Shown: positions 54,002 to 64,000 of the stretch, in pieces
How positions within the stretch are numbered: position 1 is the first letter of the stretch
Layout: each line of letters begins with the position of its first letter
From: Octopus bimaculoides
Lineage: Eukaryota
Reading direction: 5' to 3'
DNA: 64,000 bases
NCBI RefSeq assembly: GCF_001194135.2
Contig: NC_068992.1
Coordinates: forward strand, 65,941,672 to 66,005,671
Notes under the pieces: generated by a model
Database searches by the model: none
What the model was told of the DNA's origin: nothing
The model's input: only the letters and a program-made list of their open reading frames with translations
Made by a program: the position numbers and the translations under genes

Positions 54002-55071
54002 GTAGCTATCTATCTCCCTCACTCTCTCCCTCTCTCACACACACACACTCTCTCTCTCCCCCTCTATCTATATATCTATTTATCTCGTTCTCTATCGTTT
54101 TATCTATCTGTCTATCTATCATGTATATGTATATGTATATGTAAATGTGTGTGTGTGTATGTGTGCTTGTGTGTATACACATACAGAGGGAGAGAGAGAG
54201 AAACAGGCAAACTTACGGTGAAGGAGAAAGATCTGTTGTGTACTTACGAGATGTGACTCAATCAAAGAAGGGAACACAATGCATTTCCAAACCAATAATT
54301 ATGTATTGTGCTTATGTGCGTATGTATATGCAATTGTGCTAATTGTGCGTGTGCATCCATCCACCCATGTATATGTATATACATATGTGTGTGCGTGTGT
54401 GTGTATACTTATATGTATACACATACATACGTATGTGTACATGCATAAGCACAAATGTATGCATAAATACATACTTAAATGCACACACACAAAATGTGTA
54501 CGTATATGTTTATATGTTTGCAGATTTAGAATCGCCGCTCACCATCTCGATGTAATGTCCATTGGCATTTCCATATTAGCTATTACGACAAATAATTCAC
54601 CGAGATCGAATTTAAATCTTGCTTTATTACAGACGAATTCTCTTTATTCTCTTTATATTCCATCGATTTCAAGAGGCGCATCAATGTATCATCGATGCGA
54701 ACAATGACGTTACCGTGCTGACATTTCGCCCGTCATGTCAATTAACTGTCAAACCTCATCGCGATAAAATGATTTGGACAGGAACAAAACTTAACACTAG
54801 TTTTTCGTTTTATTTATTTATCTATTCTTAGAAATGACTTTCATATATCGATTATTCGCAATTTGATCTCGAAAATAAAACTACTTAACTGAGTCGACCA
54901 TGAGTTACCTGCCTGAATGGGTAGAAATATGGACTTTGATGAGAACGGTGACGGTCTGAGCCAGCGGCAGCGATTTTGTTTGCGGGAGACTTCGTGACAA
55001 GGCTGGATGAACGCAGACGGGGAGAGAAATGGAGAGAATAATGGATACACAGAGAGAGTGTGCGTGTGTGT

Positions 55072-55122
<51 letters not shown>

Positions 55123-55378
55123 TGACTAGTGTTATCGATTACGCTTGGACGATGACTAGTGATTTTGGTCGTCAGTGGGGTCCTGAGGTTCCTTGAATGG
55201 CCCTAGTTGGGGGATATCCCCTATCATTCATGCCTTCACATCCCTTACATATTCTCTATACTTTCATCTCGTTTCATCCTTTTTTCTTTATCTTCATCTT
55301 TTATGTAAATTCTCACAGAAATTGTGAACTGTCCTTGTAATGACCCCCGCATGTGATTCCCTGTGGAAAAGAAAAAGT

Positions 55379-55395
55379 TATTATTATTATTATTA

Positions 55396-55426
<31 letters not shown>

Positions 55427-55436
55427 CATTATTATT

Positions 55437-55518
<82 letters not shown>

Positions 55519-55640
55519 TTATTCTCGTTGTCCTTTACCTGAAAGCAGACAATAACAAATCACCAAAGGTTTCAAGTAATGCCTTCTCTTGTGATTCAAA
55601 GAGACAATACTCTCCTTAGAATGCGAGCTGTACCCAATTT
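55379..55640 (-). mobile_element. Extreme 3' end of a second R4/Dong-like element plus (TAA)n tail
   Basis: The minus strand reads LGTARILRRVLSL* (stop at 55596-55598), an 80-nt 3' UTR unlike the 58003 element, then about 135 nt of (TAA)n. Confidence 0.7.
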
Positions 55641-56434
55641 CTACCGGCATTACAAGCACTTGTAATTGGTGCCATAGCAATTGGTGCCATAGCTTTTGCT
55701 TCCTTCAGTTGGTGCCATAATTCCTCCCAGTATGTCCTAGTCAATTGATGTACTACTAGACATTAGGGAAAATTTAATCCGCTTCTTAATTCTCGTAGAC
55801 AGAGATAACATTTTTTCTCTTCGTCCTCTTTTCAGTTATCTCCCCCTGTGTCAAAGAAATACCGTTAGGCTTCACAAAGTTCTCCTATCTCCATTTTGTT
55901 TTCCTTGCAAGTTGTGATAGAACCAAAGATTCTTTCTTCGTTTAGAGTTGAAGAAATCTTTGTCTTCACACAACGGTTATTCGAACGAGTCGCAGGATTT
56001 GGAATTATGTAAGATCGTCACTGTTTTGTTGTTGCTGCTACTGCTGCTGTTACTATTGTTGTCTACCAAATTACTTTTGTGAGTATTTGAAACATTTTCT
56101 TCTATTAATTATTCGTATTGTTCATTTTCTTCTTCCCTTTTGCATTCAATTGTGTGTTGGTTTTGTGTTGTTTTTTCACCCATCGTATTATTGTTACGTA
56201 GCATAATCTTGTGTGGTCGCCATTTTAGATGTGAAAATGTTGCCTACGCTCGGGTGTAAGGAGGGCAAACCCTCCTTGGACACTTATGACTCTTTTCTTG
56301 AGCTTTTCACAGAAATTTTTATTTGGTGATCTTCAAGTGAAACATGTTTTGAAGAGAAAATCAAAAAGACATCTTCACACTACGAGTCAATAATGATGAT
56401 AAGGATGACAACGACGACGATGATGACGATGGAG

Positions 56435-56519
<85 letters not shown>

Positions 56520-57649
56520 TAATAATAATAACAATAATAATAATAACAATAATAATAATAATAATAATAATAATAATTAATATTAATAATAATATCTTCA
56601 TTTTGCCGTCACATTTTTCTAATTTTTAACAATTCTTTGTTTTGTCCAAAAATATTTTCTAATGAAAATTTTTTAAACTTAAAAACACCTCAACATTTCT
56701 CAAGGGATGCCAATTCTTTCATCGTTTATCTTTTCTTCTAAACTTCTCACACACACACTGACACATATATGCACACACGTACACATACACTGACACATAT
56801 ATGCACACACGTACACACACACACACTCGCTTTAATCTAGAGACAACATTCAAAAATCCTATTTTTTTTCCAAATGTTTTTAATAATTTTTTATACGTTT
56901 TGTTCTAAAACCATCTTTGTTTCGCTTTTCCTTTGTTTTTTTTTCTTTTTCTTTTTTCTATGGCTACATTTCTATCGCAGTTTTTCGATTTTACGGTGGA
57001 ATGGTCACAACAGAACTCTGATCCTCATTAAAGAATTACTGTTGTTGTCGAAATAATTCTTGTTACCAGAATATTTATTTCTATTCTTCACACTGGAACT
57101 TGCAACATCTCTCAGAGATTTCTTTGTCTTTCTTTTCTTTCCTTTTTCGTGTACACTTTTTATTATTTTTTAGTATTTTTTCTTCTACTTTTATTGGAAA
57201 ACTTGACATGCAGCGATGATGTTAAAATCACAGAGATATTGGGAAAATAATACCAGCGCAACCACAAACAAGCCAGCGCCACAACCACCAAACCACCGTC
57301 AATGCCATCAGCACCACCACGAATACAAACACTACCACCAACACACACACACCCTCGGCTTCACCAACACCACCATCAGCTTCACCAACACCACCATCCT
57401 CATCATTCTCACCACACATATTTGCCAATTTGTAACCAACATAAAATTTCTCTACACAGTCGCTTACTGATGCAAAGAAGGGCAAAAGAGTTTTCAGATC
57501 ACATCCTGCTGACTTTCAAATAGAAAAGTAATGGAGACATTGTTAAACAAAAGGAGAGGATGGTCATCGCTGGAACTTCTTTAATGATAGAACATACTGA
57601 ATCAGAGTTGACTAAGGGTTAAATAACAAAAGCAACAGGGTCACTAGTT

Positions 57650-58640
57650 TATTATTATTATCATCATTATTATTACTATTATTATTATTAAAAATAATAC
57701 TATTTTTTTCATTTGCATCTTTTGTCAATTCCGTTTCCATTTCTTGCCGAGTGTCTTCGTGACACCTAGGGTAGAGAAACGTACTGTATACATTGGTAGG
57801 CCATTAAAACAAGCACACCTCATTGTTCATTTAGAGAGTCATATGATAGAGAAGAGGAAGACAGACCTCAAGAGACAAAAAGTTAGAAGTCCATTTTGGT
57901 GTTAAAGCTAGGGTGTCATATATTTGGTTTTGCACAAAGTATTGTTCTAGAGAATGTTTAAGAAAGCATAAGAAAATTATGTGTTTGTTTTAAAATTTGA
58001 GATTACACAGAAAGTATTTTGCGTAGGATATGGGCAGTTCCCATGAGCACTATCTTTTGAATTTCTGTCATTTTGAGGTTTCCTGGTATCTGAGCTAGGT
58101 AGCAATCAGCCCCTTTTGCTATCATTCCTAGGGCACCTATGACAACAGGTATTGTTTTAGTCTTCAGGTTGCACATTTTGCCAATTTCTATTTCAAGATC
58201 TTTATACTTTCTCAGTTTTTGGTTAGCCTTGACAGATACATTTATGTCGACTGAGACAGTCATATCAATGAGGAGGCATGATTTTTGTCTGAAGTCTTTC
58301 AATATAATGTCTGGCCTATTCGTATCTGTCTTTCTCTCAGTTTCAATGGTGAAGTTCCGGAGGAGTGAGAGGTGATCATTTTCAAGCACTGGAGGTAGTT
58401 TGTGTTCCCACCAATTTTATCATGGGGCAGGTCCAATGTTTTGCAAATTACCCAGTGAATATACTGTGCTGCTCTATCATGCCTGTTGAGATACTCTGTA
58501 GGTGCAAGAAGACTGCACATGGAGACAATATTATCAATGGTTTCATTTTGTTGTTCACATACACATGTTGGGCTACTGCCGTTCTGTAAAATGTTGGCCT
58601 GGTAGTTTCTTGTGGGTAGGCATTGATTTTGATAGACCAT
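57650..58640 (-). mobile_element. 5'-truncated R4/Dong-like non-LTR retrotransposon (restriction-like endonuclease), with 3' UTR and (TAA)n tail
   Basis: QNQCLPTRNYQ...CVCEQQNETIDNIVSMC (degenerate CCHC)...RHDRAAQYIHW, a 1-nt frameshift near 58415, then WEHKLPPVLEND...NRPDII...LLIDMT...KYKDLEIEI...IPVVIGALG...LMGTAHILRKILSV* (stop at 58003). About 310 nt of 3' UTR ends in TAA repeats at 57650-57690. Confidence 0.88.
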
Positions 58641-59176
58641 TTCTTTCCAGAAATAAAACATTCTTGAACATCTTTTCGTTAATACCACTGCCCTTCAGAA
58701 TTTCAAGATGGCTACTAATCTAAATGATCCTACGAGCAATACAAGTAGAAAACCTTCTCTTTTTTTTACCTCAAATAAATAATCAGGTTTAAACAGGCTC
58801 CCTGTAAAGAAGACCAGCGAAAATGTTTGTGGAGTTTCCTCCCTTGAAAATCTTCTTTAAAAAGAAATAGAAATCGCCATTAAAGAATTGCATAAATTAC
58901 TTTTGCAGTATTTCATTTCTGCATTTTATTTTATTTTCACTTTATTTGTTATTTGTTATCTCGTAAAACTGAGCTTTAAGTTCCAAGTCACTGGAAAACA
59001 TCTATCTTCCCGCATATCATTGTCTATCTATTAACCTTTCCATTTACTTTATCTCTTTACCTATTTAACCTCCTTCTTTCTCTCTCTTCCACTTTCTCTT
59101 CTCTCTATCTTTCTCTTCCTCTGTCTCTCCACCTCTCTCCATGTCTTTCCTTTCCCTCCCACCCAGTCTTCCTCTC

Positions 59177-59247
<71 letters not shown>

Positions 59248-59412
59248 ATCTAACTAAATATCTTTTTATCCTTTTATATATTAATTCTTGAGCATTCCTT
59301 TCCAACGACTATCTGTCATTCTAAGCCAGTTCGCCAATAAATTATGTTTTTAATAACGTTTGCCAATAAATAACAATGTTTATTCTTAATGTTACCGACA
59401 CTTCCTTTTTTT

Positions 59413-59620
<208 letters not shown>

Positions 59621-60458
59621 CCTTATTATTAATCTTCGTAACCTAACCAGTTGGCCTTCATGGAATTACATTTAGATACTGGAAGGAGTCCCTTGTGTAA
59701 AACAAAATTCTATTATAATTAAACCATTACCGTCTTCCGCATAACGCTCGTTGAGCCTTAACCAAATCTTTAGATATTTGCCTCAACACATCAATACGAC
59801 TACACGATTCTAGTCAACTGGAAATTAACTGCAAATATATAAAGACGGACATTTTTTACAAATATTTAACAAACTTCTTCAAGTTAGTTTTCCACACTGA
59901 TTTTTTTTCTCTTTTAGTAATTTTCTGTTATTTTTTATTTGTATTTTTTATTTTTAATATTTTTTATTCCTGTTTTTTTTTTTTATGCAATTTCTCTCCG
60001 TTTCATGAAGAGGAATCGTCCAATTTCTTGCTTCGATGATTTGCTAACGTAATCCAGGGGTAAAATTCCATAATTGACTTTTAAACAGATTAGTAAAACG
60101 CTTTTCCAATCAATTTAATAGTGCTTGTTATTACCGGATTAACCCACCCGCCCCCACGCCCACCACCTCACATTTTCGCACACCCACCACCCACTTGATC
60201 GTCTTCCGAACAAAATTTAAACAAAATACTTGATGAACTAACAGAATGAAAAAGAAAATGGCAAATCTGATTCTGTTTCTTGGAGATTCTTACTGCGACA
60301 CGGAGACAGAACAGGGCTGAACATTAAGTATGAACCATGGTTTAGGAGGAATATAAAAAAACTGTGATCTCCATGTTTGGTGGTGGAAGACACCTTCCAC
60401 AAGAAATCAATATTCTCACTCCATTTATCAATTTAATATTATCATTGTTATTATTATT

Positions 60459-60527
<69 letters not shown>

Positions 60528-61660
60528 CATACATACATACACGTATGTACATATGTATGTAATTATGTATGCCTGCTCGCAGGCATGTATATATATATNN
60601 NNNNNNNNNNNNNNNNNNNNNNNNNNNNNNNNNNNNNNNNNNNNNNNNNNNNNNNNNNNNNNNNNNNNNNNNNNNNNNNNNNNNNNNNNNNNNNNNNNNN
60701 NNNNNNNNNNNNNNNNNNNNNNNNNNNNNNNNNNNNNNNNNNNNNNNNNNNNNNNNNNNNNNNNNNNNNNNNNNNNNNNNNNNNNNNNNNNNNNNNNNNN
60801 NNNNNNNNNNNNNNNNNNNNNNNNNNNNNNNNNNNNNNNNNNNNNNNNNNNNNNNNNNNNNNNNNNNNNNNNNNNNNNNNNNNNNNNNNNNNNNNNNNNN
60901 NNNNNNNNNNNNNNNNNNNNNNNNNNNNNNNNNNNNNNNNNNNNNNNNNNNNNNNNNNNNNNNNNNNNNNNNNNNNNNNNNNNNNNNNNNNNNNNNNNNN
61001 NNNNNNNNNNNNNNNNNNNNNNNNNNNNNNNNNNNNNNNNNNNNNNNNNNNNNNNNNNNNNNNNNNNNNNNNNNNNNNNNNNNNNNNNNNNNNNNNNNNN
61101 NNNNNNNNNNNNNNNNNNNNNNNNNNNNNNNNNNNNNNNNNNNNNNNNNNNNNNNNNNNNNNNNNNNNNNNNNNNNNNNNNNNNNNNNNNNNNNNNNNNN
61201 NNNNNNNNNNNNNNNNNNNNNNNNNNNNNNNNNNNNNNNNNNNNNNNNNNNNNNNNNNNNNNNNNNNNNNNNNNNNNNNNNNNNNNNNNNNNNNNNNNNN
61301 NNNNNNNNNNNNNNNNNNNNNNNNNNNNNNNNNNNNNNNNNNNNNNNNNNNNNNNNNNNNNNNNNNNNNNNNNNNNNNNNNNNNNNNNNNNATTGCTATT
61401 GAAAGCAGATTTTTTTCGTAATATAAGCTGATAACATATATCTTCCTGTGATCTGAAACACATTAGTCAAACTGTGTGTGAATGTAGACAACCCTGCCTG
61501 TAACAAGGGGAAGAAATATTCAACTCTAGCGTACACTCTGCAACCTAAAAACTGTTTGTTTCTTATGAACTTAAATTATATAAAAAGCATTTAAATACAT
61601 TGATACACATATGAACACATGCACACATGTATACCCATACAAATATAAATACAATCATAA

Positions 61661-61718
<58 letters not shown>

Positions 61719-61733
61719 AGCAATTACAGTATA

Positions 61734-61765
<32 letters not shown>

Positions 61766-62909
61766 AGAATCAGAGAAATTCAGAAAAAATAGTTTACCAG
61801 TCCGTTAATGTAAGGTTAACCAAAAATGTACTCGATCCAGTGAGAGATAAATATCATTTAATGTACACAGTATACAGATACAAGCTACTGATAGTTTCTT
61901 GCTGTGAAGACACGTATCTAAGTAGGTTTTTAGAACATGCGTTGTGTCTCCAAGCCGTCTTTAAGCGCAACGCATGGTCTGTTCTATTTGAAAATCAAAA
62001 TGTTGGTATCTGAGTAATCACGATAAAAAAGACAAAGTGGATGCAAATAAAGGGTGGATGAATAAAAAGCGAGAAAAGAAAAGAAAAAAAAGTACTTCAT
62101 TCAATACATCCTTCCCAGCAACAGACGCATCATCACCAGATTCAGTACCAATTCCAGTGATGAGATACAAACAGCACCACTTATGGAAAGCAATTAACAC
62201 CATAACAGATCGATGAAGAAATCCCAGAACAGATACACCACCAACACTACAATAGAACCATCTTCAGCGGAACAGATCACAAGCACCAAAATAGATCCAT
62301 CAGCACCAGAATAGATTCACCAATCAGTTCCATTGCTTCCACTACCATTTCTAACACAACGACAAAAGCAGTTTCACTGAAATGGAGTTGGATATAGTAA
62401 TTTCACAGTAAGAGACCAAAATATGGAGATTTGAAAAAGGGAGATTTCAGAGAGAAAACGAAAGAGAGAGGTGGAGCGAGAGAGCGTGAGAGAGAGAGTG
62501 GCTAAAAGAGAGTGAGTGAGAGGGAAAGAAAGAGGGAGAGACGAAGATGTGGAGGGGTTTATCTCGCTTCGATAGAATAATTGGTCAAATGTTAGAAAAT
62601 TAATTGCAAAGAAAGAATTTCAAAGATAAAGGAAGGATGACAGGGAATCGAAAAACCAAATATTAAGATTAATGATGGAATTGGGGTTTAGAAAATGGAT
62701 GGTGCCTTTGTGACTATGAATGATGCATCCTTTGGTGCACTTGTCACTCTGTGTCAATTTAAGACTATCTTATAAAAAACCAATGCAGAATATCCAGAAA
62801 ATTATTTGACTCTACAAACTGTGTAGAAAAAACATTTCGATTAGGTTCGCCTGGTATTTCTTTAACCCTTGGGTCTTCCTTTGATGAAGATTCATGAAAC
62901 AATATGCAA

Positions 62910-63070
62910 GGTGCAGGCGTGACTGCGTGGTATGAAGTTTACTCCCCAAGCATATGGTTCCGGTATGGTTCCGGGTTCTGTCCTACTGCATGGCAACTTG
63001 GGAAATATAGCTTTGGGCCGACCAAAGCCTTGTTAGTGGATTTAGTAGACGAAAACTGAAAGAAGCCCGT

Positions 63071-63073
<3 letters not shown>
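62910..63073 (+). mobile_element. SINE family A, 5' half running into (AT)n and a gap
   Basis: GGTGCAGGCGTGACTGCGTGGTATGAAG...GGGCCGACCAAAGCCTTGTTAGTGGATTTAGTAGACGAAAACTGAAAGAAGCCCGTCG; local duplication ATGGTTCCGG x2. Confidence 0.85.
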
Positions 63074-63120
<47 letters not shown>

Positions 63121-63486
63121 NNNNNNNNNNNNNNNNNNNNNNNNNNNNNNNNNNNNNNNNNNNNNNNNNNNNNNNNNNNNNNNNNNNNNNNNNNNNNNNN
63201 NNNNNNNNNNNNNNNNNNNNNNNNNNNNNNNNNNNNNNNNNNNNNNNNNNNNNNNNNNNNNNNNNNNNNNNNNNNNNNNNNNNNNNNNNNNNNNNNNNNN
63301 NNNNNNNNNNNNNNNNNNNNNNNNNNNNNNNNNNNNNNNNNNNNNNNNNNNNNNNNNNNNNNNNNNNNNNNNNNNNNNNNNNNNNNNNNNNNNNNNNNNN
63401 NNNNNNNNNNNNNNNNNNNNNNNNNNNNNNNNNNNNNNNNNNNNNNNNNNNNNNNNNNNNNNNNNNNNNNNNNNNNNNNNNNNNNN

Positions 63487-63537
<51 letters not shown>

Positions 63538-64000
63538 AACATTCATTTGCTCTGGAATATATTTTCGTAGATAAGTTTGGTGACACAATCTACGTTAAGG
63601 ATTATGGACCTGAACATAATCGAACAATTTTCGTACAATTTTCAACAATTAACGCCCTGACTCTTTTCGACTTTCATTGGGTAATATCACTAATATAATC
63701 TCTGTATGCAACTCTACTTGTTTTGCCTTGAAAGACAGACTGAAGAAGAAGTTCACCATCTTCATTTGGAGGCCAAATTATTCGATGTACGTCATTTCAG
63801 CGATGATGCATTTTTATCAGATGCGGCAGAATCTATAGACTTGTATATCCATTCGGCTGAGTTCCTGCTTGAAATAGTTTCAAGGAATGTATTGAACCAG
63901 CATTGAACAACAGGCGTTGCCTATCTGTTCTTGCCATTACTGTTTATGATATTCACATCAAGTTTCAGTAAACGATTTACTCATCGGAGAATTCTATTCA

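Noticed and set aside
56200-56590. Third R4-like 3' end before the (AAT)n array
   Set aside because: No coding remnant or similarity to the other two 3' UTRs could be established by eye.
62020-62390. Ser/Thr/Pro-rich open stretch as a coding exon
   Set aside because: There is no start or convincing splice sites, stops occur in all frames, and it has internal degenerate ACAGATC/ATAGA repeats.

Overview
AT-rich, microsatellite-saturated animal genomic DNA with 20 N-gaps, most flanked by (AT)n/(CA)n. The SINE families, repeat density and gap pattern suggest an octopod cephalopod short-read assembly (inference). One protein-coding gene is well supported: a two-coding-exon class A (rhodopsin-like) GPCR of 332 aa (35746-36065 + 38532-39210, + strand, GT-AG phase-2 intron). 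It keeps the amine-binding residues and a muscarinic/histamine-like TM6-ECL3 signature but has lost several canonical activation microswitches. The rest is a dense fossil record of mobile DNA: at least three tRNA-derived SINE families sharing modules, an unclassified dispersed repeat, three mariner deletion derivatives (one nested in another repeat, one a two-right-end foldback), a Buster/Charlie hAT remnant, R4/Dong-like RLE retrotransposon 3' ends abutting (TAA)n arrays, a Penelope-like remnant and scattered degenerate hammerhead-like motifs. Nearly all other ORFs in the supplied track are microsatellite or N-gap artefacts. No prokaryotic system, CRISPR array or rRNA is present. All assignments come from manual reading and motif recall, not database searches.
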